From the NCBI GenBank assembly GCA_039680365.1, contig JBDKTD010000335.1, positions 1 through 42,494 of the forward strand: a stretch of DNA of 42,494 nucleotides, written 5' to 3'. The notes beneath the pieces are model-generated. The model did no database searches. It was given only the letters and a program-made list of their open reading frames with translations, and was not told the origin of the DNA. The translations under genes and the position numbers were made by a program. Positions 26,123-35,584 of the stretch are shown piece by piece. The stretch's first letter is position 1; every line of letters starts with the position of its first letter. Origin of the DNA: Clostridiaceae bacterium (GTDB lineage Bacteria > Bacillota > Clostridia > Christensenellales > CAG-138).

Positions 26123-27391
26123 ATGCATTATTCTGAACTGGACAAGCAAACCCTTGCTAAGGAACTCGAACACGCCCGCGCGGACTACGAAGTATTGCGC
26201 GGCCGCAAGCTCAACCTTAACCTGACCCGCGGCAAGCCGGAGACCGCGCAGCTCGCCCTCTCGGATGGACTGTTTGCCACCGTTGCGAACGGCGACTTCG
26301 CTTCGGACGGCATCGACGCGCGCAACTACGGCGAGCTGGCTGGCCTTCCCGCCTGCCGCAGGCTGTTTGCGGAGATTCTTCTCTGCAAGCCCGAGGAAGT
26401 CATTTGCGGCGGCAACGCGAGCTTGAATCTGATGTACGACCTCATCGCCAAAGCGTACACGCACGGACTGAAGAACTCCGCCCGCCCCTGGAGCAAGGAA
26501 GCGGAGGTCAAGTTCCTCTGCCCTTTCCCCGGTTACGACCGCCACTTCAACGTTTCACTCTCGTTCGGCATGAAACTTATCCCCGTGCCAATGGACGAGA
26601 ACGGCCCGGATATGGACATGGTGGAAGAACTGGTCAAAGATCCCGCCGTCAAGGGTATGTGGTGCGTGCCGAAGTTTTCTAACCCCGACGGCTACGTCTA
26701 CCCGCTTTCCACCTGCAAGCGCATCGCCGCGCTTTCTCCTGCCGCGCCGGACTTTGCGCTCATGTGGGACAACGCGTACTGCATTCACGCCTTTGAGCCG
26801 GGCGACGAAGCCTTCCCGGACATCATCGGCCTTTGCCGCGATGCGGGTCATCCCGACCTCGTGTACGAGTTTGCTTCCACGAGCAAAGTGACCTACGCGG
26901 GCGCGGGCGTTTCCTGTATGGCCGCGAGCGTAGATAACATCAAGTATGTTCTCTCGCTGATGACCTATCAGACCATCGGGCCGAACAAGGTGGACGAACT
27001 GATGCATGTCCGCTTCCTCAAGGACCGCGAAACGACGCTTCTGCACATGCAGAAACACGCGGCTTTCATGAAGCCCAAGTTCGACCTTGTCTGCGACATG
27101 CTGGACGCGGAAATTGCCCCGCTCGGCATCGCGAGCTGGCACCGTCCGAAGGGCGGTTACTTTGTGAGCCTCAACGCCATGCCCGGCACGGCAAAGCGCA
27201 TCGTCGCGCTCTGTAAGGAGATTGGGGTAGCGCTCACGGGCGCTGGCGCGACCTATCCCGGCGGCAACGACCCGCAGGACAGCAACCTCCGCATTGCGCC
27301 GTCGTATCCGCCGATTTCCGAGGTGAAGCAGGCGATGGAAGTCTTCTGCGTCTCCCTCAAGATCGCCGCGCTGGAACAGCTATTGGCATAA
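26123..27391 (+). CDS. PLP-dependent class I/II aminotransferase (aspartate aminotransferase-like)
   Basis: LNLTRGKP, PGYDRHF, SNPDG, WDNAY, STSK (PLP lysine), PKGGYF, RIAPS. Confidence 0.9.
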   Translation: MHYSELDKQTLAKELEHARADYEVLRGRKLNLNLTRGKPETAQLALSDGLFATVANGDFASDGIDARNYGELAGLPACRRLFAEILLCKPEEVICGGNASLNLMYDLIAKAYTHGLKNSARPWSKEAEVKFLCPFPGYDRHFNVSLSFGMKLIPVPMDENGPDMDMVEELVKDPAVKGMWCVPKFSNPDGYVYPLSTCKRIAALSPAAPDFALMWDNAYCIHAFEPGDEAFPDIIGLCRDAGHPDLVYEFASTSKVTYAGAGVSCMAASVDNIKYVLSLMTYQTIGPNKVDELMHVRFLKDRETTLLHMQKHAAFMKPKFDLVCDMLDAEIAPLGIASWHRPKGGYFVSLNAMPGTAKRIVALCKEIGVALTGAGATYPGGNDPQDSNLRIAPSYPPISEVKQAMEVFCVSLKIAALEQLLA

Positions 27392-27401
27392 CGAACGCAA
27401 C

Positions 27402-27435
27402 TTAAAAACCGTCTCCGAAAGGGGACGGTTTTTAA
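27402..27435. terminator. Bidirectional terminator
   Basis: TTAAAAACCGTCTCC-GAAA-GGGGACGGTTTTTAA between convergent genes. Confidence 0.75.
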
Positions 27436-27438
27436 TAT

Positions 27439-27554
27439 GGGTTTCCAAAGAGCATGCTCTTTGGTTAGGGGTTTGGGGGCAAAGCCCCCCAAGCTAGACC
27501 TGAGGGCTCCGCCCTCAAACTCTCGCCAAAGGGACAACGTCCCTTTGGAATCCC
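27439..27554. repeat. Two inverted REP-like double-hairpin elements
   Basis: 27439-27492 (+) and 27501-27554 (-) share GGG(T/A)TTCCAAAG...CTTTGG...GTTTG(A/G)GGGC-NNN-GCCC. Confidence 0.75.
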
Positions 27555-28385
27555 TTATTTAGATTGGTATACGAGATCAATCTGCACTTCGTCGCTCGGC
27601 ATAAAGCCGATGGAGCGGTAGAGCGAAATGGCATGCGCGTTGCAGTCGTCCGCCATCAGAAACGCATTCTTTGCGCCGCGTTCAAGCCCATAGTTCAGCG
27701 CGCTCTCAACCAGCGCCCTGCCATAGCCCTTGCCCTGACGCTCCGGCAGTACCGCGATCTCCCGCACCCAGGCGACCGGCCCCCAGCTCTCGCCGTAACC
27801 ATAGACCGCCGTGAGCACGACTCCCGCGATCTTCCCCGCCTCGTCCCGGCAGGCAAGCACCGCTTCGTGCTGCGCGCCGAACGCGTTTTCATTTCCCTCC
27901 GGGTACACGGCGTTGATCCAGTTTTCGATCTTTTCCTTTGTTTCGCCAAAGAACTCGCGGCTTTGCAGGCGGCAGCTTTGGGTAACGACCGCGGCTTCCA
28001 AAGCGTCCGCCGCCGTCAGCGCTTCACAGACGATGCGCGGCGAAAACGGTTTTTCGAGCGGCTTGAGCCAGTATTCGCGGAGGATGCCGTACTCACCGAA
28101 TCCGCTCGCGAGAAACCGCGCTTTCCAGTCTTCCGGCACGAACGTAACCAGCGTTTCCCGCCCCGCTTTTTTTGCGGCGCGAAGTACGATTGTCGGATCG
28201 TTTGCGCCCCAGTGCAGCTCGAAAACGCCCGCATCCGGCTTTGTTCCGCCAAGCAGCACGCCTTCTCGATCGTCTTGCAGCACGGCATAGTGTTCCACCG
28301 CTTCGAAATCCAAATACGTAAACGACGAATGCGCAAACGAAAGAGCGCGTTCGCGAAGGTTGGTAAATTCATTTACGCTAAGCAT
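27555..28385 (-). CDS. GNAT family acetyltransferase
   Basis: C-terminal IAVLPERQGKGYGRAL and N..AISLYRSIGF; ATG at 28385 with GGGAGGG RBS. Confidence 0.85.
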   Translation of the reverse strand: MLSVNEFTNLRERALSFAHSSFTYLDFEAVEHYAVLQDDREGVLLGGTKPDAGVFELHWGANDPTIVLRAAKKAGRETLVTFVPEDWKARFLASGFGEYGILREYWLKPLEKPFSPRIVCEALTAADALEAAVVTQSCRLQSREFFGETKEKIENWINAVYPEGNENAFGAQHEAVLACRDEAGKIAGVVLTAVYGYGESWGPVAWVREIAVLPERQGKGYGRALVESALNYGLERGAKNAFLMADDCNAHAISLYRSIGFMPSDEVQIDLVYQSK

Positions 28386-28405
28386 GTTCCCTCCCTGTTT
28401 CCAAT

Positions 28406-28434
28406 AAAAAAGCGGCGGAGCATCCCCCGCCGCC
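28406..28434 (-). terminator. Terminator after trpS
   Basis: GCGGCGG...CCGCCGC-TTTTTT on minus strand. Confidence 0.6.
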
Positions 28435-28441
28435 ATTTGCG

Positions 28442-29452
28442 TTATACGTCGAACCCCATCTTGTGGTAGACCTTGCCGACGGTCTTTCGCGCCGTGATCT
28501 GCGCGCGTTCCGCACCGCGCTTCATGAGCTCGTTGAGATACGCTTTGTCCGCCAACACCCGCTCGTACTCCGCCTGAATCGGCCGGAGCAGCTCGATAAC
28601 CGCTTCCGCTACACCCGTTTTAAGATCGCCGTAGCCTTTGCCCGCAAACACGGCAAGCGCTTCCTCAATCGTAGTACTGCGGCAGGCGGCGTAGATGGTC
28701 AACAGGTTGTAAACGCCCGCGCGCTCGGGGTTGGCGGTAATTTCGCCCTCGCTGTCCGTTACGGCGCGTTTGAGTTTGCGCAGAATCGTGTCCGGATCGT
28801 CCAGAATGCGGATATACGCGTTCGGGTTGGGGTCGGACTTGCTCATCTTGCTTTCCGGTTCCTGTAGGCTCATAATCCGCGCGCCGACTTTCGGGATATA
28901 CGGCTCCGGCACGACGAATGTTTCGCCGAAGGTGTTGTTAAAGCGGATGGCGATATCGCGGGAAAGTTCGACATGCTGTTTTTGATCCGCGCCCACGGGG
29001 ATAAAGTGCGACTGGTAAAGCAAAATATCCGCCGCCATCAGAACGGGATAAGTAAACAGCCCCGCGTTGATGTTATCGGCGTTGCGCGCGCTCTTGTCCT
29101 TGAACTGCGTCATGCGGGAGAGTTCACCCATATACGTGCAGCAGCTCAGCGCCCATGTGAGCATGGAGTGCTCCGGCACGTGCGACTGCACAAAGATGGT
29201 CGAACGTTCGGGATCCAGCCCGCAGGCAAGAAACAGCGCGAAGGTTTCCAGGCTCCTGCGGCGCAGCTCCGCAGCGTCCTGACGGACGGTCTGCGCATGG
29301 AGGTTGGCAACCATGTAGTATGCGTTGAACTCGTCCTGCATGGCGACCCAATTTTTAAGCGCGCCGAGGTAGTTGCCTATGGTCAATACGCTCGTCGGCT
29401 GAACGCCGGAGAGCACTGATTTCTTCTTTTGTTCCGTCGAAATCGTTTCCAT
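28442..29452 (-). CDS. trpS: Tryptophan--tRNA ligase
   Basis: SGVQPT..LTIGNYLG (HIGH-like), YPVLMAADIL, PVGADQ.QH, KMSKS. Confidence 0.96.
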   Translation of the reverse strand: METISTEQKKKSVLSGVQPTSVLTIGNYLGALKNWVAMQDEFNAYYMVANLHAQTVRQDAAELRRRSLETFALFLACGLDPERSTIFVQSHVPEHSMLTWALSCCTYMGELSRMTQFKDKSARNADNINAGLFTYPVLMAADILLYQSHFIPVGADQKQHVELSRDIAIRFNNTFGETFVVPEPYIPKVGARIMSLQEPESKMSKSDPNPNAYIRILDDPDTILRKLKRAVTDSEGEITANPERAGVYNLLTIYAACRSTTIEEALAVFAGKGYGDLKTGVAEAVIELLRPIQAEYERVLADKAYLNELMKRGAERAQITARKTVGKVYHKMGFDV

Positions 29453-29553
29453 CTTCGTTCCCAGTCCGTTTCCCGTTGTGTTATGGTTCTGTTTGATTCC
29501 TGTCCTTTTGCAAAACGCGCCGCAAGGCGCGTTTGTGAAAAATTTCGAGCAAG

Positions 29554-29881
29554 GAGTAAGCCGAGTTCTGTCGTGTGCGACCATCTATCTGAGGCCAATC
29601 GTCGCCGAGAGGCTCATGCGATTCCCGAGAGCGTAGCGGGCAGCTATTGAATGCTCTCATACCAATCTTGCACCAAGTGGGGTTTACAGCGCGCCTCCGT
29701 CGCCGGGGCGCGGGTGAGCTCTTACCTCGCCTTTCCATCCTTACCCGCGTTGCCGCGGGCGGTTTCTTTCTGTTGCACTTTCCCTGGAGTCGCCTCCGCC
29801 GGGTGTTACCCGGCACTCTGCCCTGTGGTGCTCGGACTTTCCTCACCCGCAGCTATGCGGGCGCGGTCGCCTTCCTTACTC
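29554..29881 (-). ncRNA. rnpB: RNase P RNA, class A
   Basis: Minus strand contains GAGGAAAGTCCG...AAGTGCAACAGAAA...ACAGAACTCGGCTTA; terminal GAGTAAG/CTTACTC pairing. Confidence 0.96.
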
Positions 29882-29903
29882 AAATTGTAAAGGTACGATT
29901 CCC

Positions 29904-30626
29904 TTATTGTTCTCCGGAATACAGGATTCTGCCGCAGTTTTCGCACTCAACGATGCCGTCGGTCGTCGCAATCTTCTTAAGCATGACCATCGGCAGCGAC
30001 ATGTTGCACCCGCCGCACTTGCTGTTGATGACCCGCGCAATCGGCACGGCGTGGTGCAGTTTAACCTGCTCGTACCTGGCCAGAAGCGTCTGGTCAACCT
30101 GCTTTCCGAGCGATTCCAGCTTTGCGTCGTGCTTTGCAAGCTCGTCCGCGCGGCTCTCCCGCTCTTTTTCGCATTCCACGCGGAGCGTATCGTATTCCTT
30201 CTTGGCAACGCTCGCCGCCCGGATCGTTTTTTGGTACTCATCCGTCGCCTGCTCGATTTCGGTAACCAGCGATTTGGCTTCCCTTACGGCCTGCGCTATC
30301 TCGCGGCTCAGGCGCTCAATATCCCGCTTGAGCTCGGTCATTTCTTCCGCGGTGCTCTCATCGTCCTGACGGATGGTAACGAGCTCTCCGCTCTCCACTT
30401 CCAAGCGCTCCTCAAGCTTTTCCACCTGATCGGTCAGTTTCTTGAGCTGCTGCTCGTAGGTTTCGATGTCCTCGCCCAGTTTTGCGATAACGCCCTGCTG
30501 CGTTTTTAACTGCTTATGCAGCTTATTGAGTTTTAATCTTGCCGGCGTAGAGCGGATTTCGGCTTCTACGGAAGCCTTGGCCACTTCTGCCTCCTGATAT
30601 GCCCAAAGGGCATCCATCTTTCTCAC
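29904..30626 (-). CDS. Coiled-coil protein with C4 zinc ribbon (CT398/HP0958-like)
   Basis: Long coiled coil; CGGC...CENCGRIL; typical position after NIF3. Confidence 0.88.
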   Translation of the reverse strand: MRKMDALWAYQEAEVAKASVEAEIRSTPARLKLNKLHKQLKTQQGVIAKLGEDIETYEQQLKKLTDQVEKLEERLEVESGELVTIRQDDESTAEEMTELKRDIERLSREIAQAVREAKSLVTEIEQATDEYQKTIRAASVAKKEYDTLRVECEKERESRADELAKHDAKLESLGKQVDQTLLARYEQVKLHHAVPIARVINSKCGGCNMSLPMVMLKKIATTDGIVECENCGRILYSGEQ

Positions 30627-30638
30627 GGCATTTCCCTC

Positions 30639-31400
30639 CTAAAGGCGCACGAATGGATTCGCGTCCGCGCGCGATAAATTATATTGTACATCAAAACATT
30701 CGTTCTGTAAACGCCGAATCAAGGGTTCCAGCACCACGCGCTCGGTTTCGTAATGCCCGGCAATAACCAAATTCAGACCTAGCATCTGCGCGTCCAGCGC
30801 GTCGGAATGCTTGATCTCTCCAGTGAGAAGTACGTCCGCGCGTTCCTGCGCGGCGGGCTGAATGGAGCTGCCCCCGCTGCCGCCCATCACCGCGACGCGG
30901 CGGATAAGCGCGTCCGGGTCACCGGAGATGCGCACGCTCGTCTGCAGGAGCCGTTCCGCGCGCAAGGCAAACTCCGTCAGCGACATCGCCTCTCTAAGCA
31001 TCCCCGCGCGGCCAATCCCTTCGTCAAACGGAATGGTATCGACAACGCTCATCAACTCGCAGAGCGTGTCGTTAACGCCGCCCTGCGCCGCGTCCAGATT
31101 GGTATGCGCGCTAAACAGCCCGATTCCGTGCCGCAGGAGCACGCAGGCCGCCGCCGTTTCCGGCTGGCTGTACCGGAGTTGCCTGACCGGATGGAAGAAC
31201 AGCGGATGATGCGTAAGCACCAGATCCGCGCCCAACTCGGCGGCTTCCTCCGCAACGGCTTTCGAACAGTCCAGCGCGACCAGCACGCGCTTGATTTCGT
31301 CGTGGTCGGGTTCAACAAGCAGGCCGGGGTTATCGAACTCCATTGCGAGTTCCTGGGGGGCGATCCGCTCCATAGCAGCGCAAAAATCGCTGAGCTTCAT
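30639..31400 (-). CDS. Nif3-like dinuclear metal protein
   Basis: FDNPGL, THHPLFF, HTNLD...GGVND, GHYETE; ATG at 31400 overlaps trmK stop. Confidence 0.92.
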   Translation of the reverse strand: MKLSDFCAAMERIAPQELAMEFDNPGLLVEPDHDEIKRVLVALDCSKAVAEEAAELGADLVLTHHPLFFHPVRQLRYSQPETAAACVLLRHGIGLFSAHTNLDAAQGGVNDTLCELMSVVDTIPFDEGIGRAGMLREAMSLTEFALRAERLLQTSVRISGDPDALIRRVAVMGGSGGSSIQPAAQERADVLLTGEIKHSDALDAQMLGLNLVIAGHYETERVVLEPLIRRLQNECFDVQYNLSRADANPFVRL

Positions 31401-32107
31401 TTTACTTCCTCCCGAAACGATAAAATTTTGCGGAGTTGTTCCGCCTGCCGATCCAACAGCTCGGACCGCTGCGTTTTGCGCTTGCGCTCGGTGGTCTGGA
31501 GCATGCGCTCTGCCAGCCGGAACAGGTTTGGTTCGCGCCGTTCGAAGGCTATATAACCCAGCAGAAAACAGTCTTCCGGCCACCCCGCGGGCAGCGCCTG
31601 CGGCGCGTCCGTTGGCGGCGCAACCGAAAAGATTTGATAAAATCTCCCGGCGTCCAGCACAACGCGGTCGTCTTTAACGGGATAGCAGCGCTCATAGAGC
31701 CACCTGCGGATATCTTCCGCCGCGCGCATTGGCTGCAGGACGCAGAGACTTGCTCCCGCAAGCGGCGCTTCCGTCGCTTCGAGAATACGCGTCATGAGCG
31801 TGCCGCCCATGCCGAGGATGGCCAGCGCGTTCGCTTCTCCCGTCGCCAACGGGGTAAGACCGTCACCGAGACGGGTTTCCACGCAATCGGAAACACCGAG
31901 CTGCGCGGCGAGTTTTTCCGCTTTTCTCAGCGATGGTTCGCTGATATCGACGGCGATGCAGCGTTCGGCTCTGCCGCTCTGCACAAGCGCGCAGCTCAGC
32001 CGCCCGTGGTCACAGCCGATATCGGCAACCACTTTTGCGCCGCCGAGCAGCTCCATTGCGCAGGCAAGGCGCTCGCGCGGATGAAGTCGTTGCGTTGATA
32101 CTTCCAT
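31397..32107 (-). CDS. trmK: tRNA (adenine-22-N1)-methyltransferase
   Basis: ADIGCDHG, RLGDGL, GMGG, LQP; trmK-NIF3 synteny. Confidence 0.88.
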   Translation of the reverse strand: MEVSTQRLHPRERLACAMELLGGAKVVADIGCDHGRLSCALVQSGRAERCIAVDISEPSLRKAEKLAAQLGVSDCVETRLGDGLTPLATGEANALAILGMGGTLMTRILEATEAPLAGASLCVLQPMRAAEDIRRWLYERCYPVKDDRVVLDAGRFYQIFSVAPPTDAPQALPAGWPEDCFLLGYIAFERREPNLFRLAERMLQTTERKRKTQRSELLDRQAEQLRKILSFREEVK

Positions 32108-32115
32108 ACAATATC

Positions 32116-32144
32116 ATTATAAAAAACATCAAAACAAAATGCAA
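32116..32144 (-). promoter_or_regulatory. Sigma-A promoter for the trmK operon (near-leaderless)
   Basis: TTGCAT-17 nt-TATAAT, ending 8 nt before ATG; no SD. Confidence 0.6.
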
Positions 32145-32162
32145 ACCGCTCACCAGTTTGCA

Positions 32163-32275
32163 TTGTGTCTTTTCCGCAAATATTAACTCAAAAATCTAGA
32201 AACCATTTTTTGTGTCTTTTCCGCAAATATTAACTCAAAAATCCAGAAACCATTTTTTGTGTCTTTTCCGCAAAT
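32163..32275. repeat. 47-nt tandem duplication (about 2.4 copies)
   Basis: TTGTGTCTTTTCCGCAAAT at 32163, 32210 and 32257; one mismatch between the full units. Confidence 0.9.
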
Positions 32276-32323
32276 TATAGCTCGAAAGCTTGAAAGGCAA
32301 TTTTAATGTATTTTGAATAATGT

Positions 32324-33500
<1,177 letters not shown>

Positions 33501-33564
33501 TCAAATTGCCAAATGGAATTTCGAAGCGAATCGGAAATGCGCCTGAAACGTACAGAGCCAGCCG

Positions 33565-33780
33565 TTACTCCGCCTTGATGGCGGTCAGCATGTAGCCCAT
33601 GTCCTCGAGAATTTCGCTTACGGTCTTTTTGAGCGTGTCCGTATTCATGGAAGACTGAATTTTTGCGCTTCCAACCTGGGTGGAAATCACGGTGAATCCG
33701 GCTTCCTTGAGCGCAACATCAACTCTTCCCGCGCAGCTGGAGCAGCCCATTCCATCAACAGTTAGCAGATAAGTCGTCAT
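33565..33780 (-). CDS. Heavy-metal-associated domain protein (CopZ-like)
   Basis: VDGMGCSSC motif; 71 aa; AAGGAGG RBS. Confidence 0.85.
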   Translation of the reverse strand: MTTYLLTVDGMGCSSCAGRVDVALKEAGFTVISTQVGSAKIQSSMNTDTLKKTVSEILEDMGYMLTAIKAE

Positions 33781-33981
33781 AAACGTAACCCTCCTTGGTT
33801 TTCTTTGGCCTACTATAACACACTGGATTTGACGCGTTAGATGACTAAGTCACACTTCTCGACTTTACTTCGATTTATTTATTGTACCGTTTTCTGTGTC
33901 CTATCGCAACAAGCAGAGCAAAGCGCGGCTGATCCGCGTGAAAAAGAGCGCTTTGCGCCCTCGCCCCGCCCGCCGTGCGCC

Positions 33982-34011
33982 TTGACAAAAGCGCGTATTT
34001 CCTGCGATAAT
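33982..34011 (+). promoter_or_regulatory. Sigma-A promoter for glyQS
   Basis: TTGACA-18 nt-GATAAT with extended TG. Confidence 0.55.
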
Positions 34012-34047
34012 AAGCGTTAACTGACAAGCAAGGAGCATAAAACAACC

Positions 34048-35469
34048 ATGGAGAACAGCGCCACCGAACCGAAGGAATCGGCTAAGAAATTTACGATGGA
34101 TCAGATCGTCGCCCTCTGCAAGGGGCGCGGTTTTGTTTACCCCGGCAGCGAGATCTACGGCGGGCTCGCAAACTCCTGGGATTACGGCCCTCTGGGCGTT
34201 GAATTCAAAAACAACATCAAGCGCGCCTGGTGGCGCAAATTCGTTCAGGAATCGCCTTATAACGTCGGCATGGACGCGGCCATCCTGATGAACCCGGAAA
34301 CCTGGGTCGCCAGCGGCCACGTGGGCGGTTTTTCCGACCCGCTGATGGACTGCAAGGGCTGCCGCGCCCGTTTCCGCGCGGACAAGTTGATTGAAGACTA
34401 CATTGCCGAGCACAACATTACGGACGTTCGCCCGGACGGCTGGACGAACGCGCAGATGGAATCGTATATCCGCGAGCAGGGCATCGTCTGCCCCGAATGC
34501 GGAAAGGCGGAGTTTACGGGCATTCGCAAGTTCAATCTGATGTTCAAGACGTTCCAAGGCGTAACCGAAGACACCGCTTCGGAGCTCTACCTCCGCCCCG
34601 AAACCGCGCAGGGCATCTTTGTTAACTTTAAAAACGTTCTCCGCACGACCCGCCGCAAACTGCCGTTCGGCATCGCGCAGGTCGGTAAATCCTTCCGCAA
34701 CGAGATTACGCCGGGCAACTTCATCTTCCGCATCCGCGAGTTCGAGCAGATGGAGCTGGAGTTCTTCTGCGCGCCGGGCACCGATTTGGAATGGTACCAT
34801 TACTGGAAGGATTACTGCCATAAATTCCTGCTCACGCTGGGCATGCAGGACGAGAAGATTCGCCTGCGCGAACACGCCAAAGAAGAGCTTTCGCACTACA
34901 GCAAGGGCACGACGGATATCGAGTTCCTCTTCCCCTTCGGCTGGGGCGAACTCTGGGGCGTTGCCGACCGTACGGACTTTGACCTTAAGAGCCATGCAAC
35001 GCACAGCGGCGAAAGCTTTGAATACCTCGACCCGTTCACGAACGAAAAGTTCATTCCCTACTGTGTCGAGCCGTCGCTGGGCGCGGATCGCGTTGCGCTT
35101 GCGTTCCTCTGCAACGCTTACGACGAGCAGGAGCTGGAAGGCGGAGACGTCCGCACCGTTCTGCACCTCCACCCCGCGCTCGCTCCGTATAAGTGCGCCG
35201 TGCTGCCGCTGAGCAAGAAGCTCGCCGAACAGGCGCAGCCCATCTACGCCAGGCTCGCCAAGCGCTTTATGGTGGACTATGACGACGCGGGTTCCATCGG
35301 CAAGCGCTACCGCAGAGAGGACGAAATCGGCACGCCGTTCTGCGTCACCGTCGATTTTGACACCGAGACCGACGGCTGCGTCACCGTTCGCGACCGCGAC
35401 ACAATGGTGCAGGTGCGATTGCCCATCGACGAGCTGACCGCTTACATCGAAGCGCGTCTCGACTTCTAA
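34048..35469 (+). CDS. glyQS: Glycine--tRNA ligase (homodimeric type)
   Basis: [40 protein letters not shown]. Confidence 0.97.
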   Translation: MENSATEPKESAKKFTMDQIVALCKGRGFVYPGSEIYGGLANSWDYGPLGVEFKNNIKRAWWRKFVQESPYNVGMDAAILMNPETWVASGHVGGFSDPLMDCKGCRARFRADKLIEDYIAEHNITDVRPDGWTNAQMESYIREQGIVCPECGKAEFTGIRKFNLMFKTFQGVTEDTASELYLRPETAQGIFVNFKNVLRTTRRKLPFGIAQVGKSFRNEITPGNFIFRIREFEQMELEFFCAPGTDLEWYHYWKDYCHKFLLTLGMQDEKIRLREHAKEELSHYSKGTTDIEFLFPFGWGELWGVADRTDFDLKSHATHSGESFEYLDPFTNEKFIPYCVEPSLGADRVALAFLCNAYDEQELEGGDVRTVLHLHPALAPYKCAVLPLSKKLAEQAQPIYARLAKRFMVDYDDAGSIGKRYRREDEIGTPFCVTVDFDTETDGCVTVRDRDTMVQVRLPIDELTAYIEARLDF

Positions 35470-35482
35470 GACCGTACCCTCC

Positions 35483-35515
35483 GCCCCCGCCGCAAACGCG
35501 GGGGCATGTTTTATT
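35483..35515 (+). terminator. Probable terminator after glyQS
   Basis: GCCCCCGC...GCGGGGGC followed by ATGTTTTATT. Confidence 0.5.
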
Positions 35516-35584
35516 GTAACGTATCATTCATTCAGCAGGCTGATGAGGGCTAACCGCCTGAAGGCCTGAAAAACGGGAGCGAAC

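Noticed and set aside
29481-29890. ORFs overlapping 29481-29890 and the N-terminal extension of the trpS ORF
   Set aside because: The region is RNase P RNA; trpS most plausibly starts at ATG 29452.
30627-30641. NIF3 TAG stop is in frame with the downstream Zn-ribbon gene (possible readthrough fusion)
   Set aside because: TAGGAGG doubles as the RBS of the next gene, the two are normally separate proteins, and in-frame spacing occurs one time in three.
32163-32275. Mini-CRISPR reading of the 47-nt and 54/55-nt repeats
   Set aside because: The whole unit is duplicated with no unique spacers.
33842-33852. TGACTAAGTCA palindrome upstream of the HMA gene as a Crp/Fnr-type site
   Set aside because: It is short, occurs once, and its spacing does not fit TGTGA-N6-TCACA.
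35506-35578. Hammerhead-like CTGATGA...GAAA upstream of recD2
   Set aside because: Stem II would open with a G-U pair, and no convincing stem I or stem III pairing could be built.
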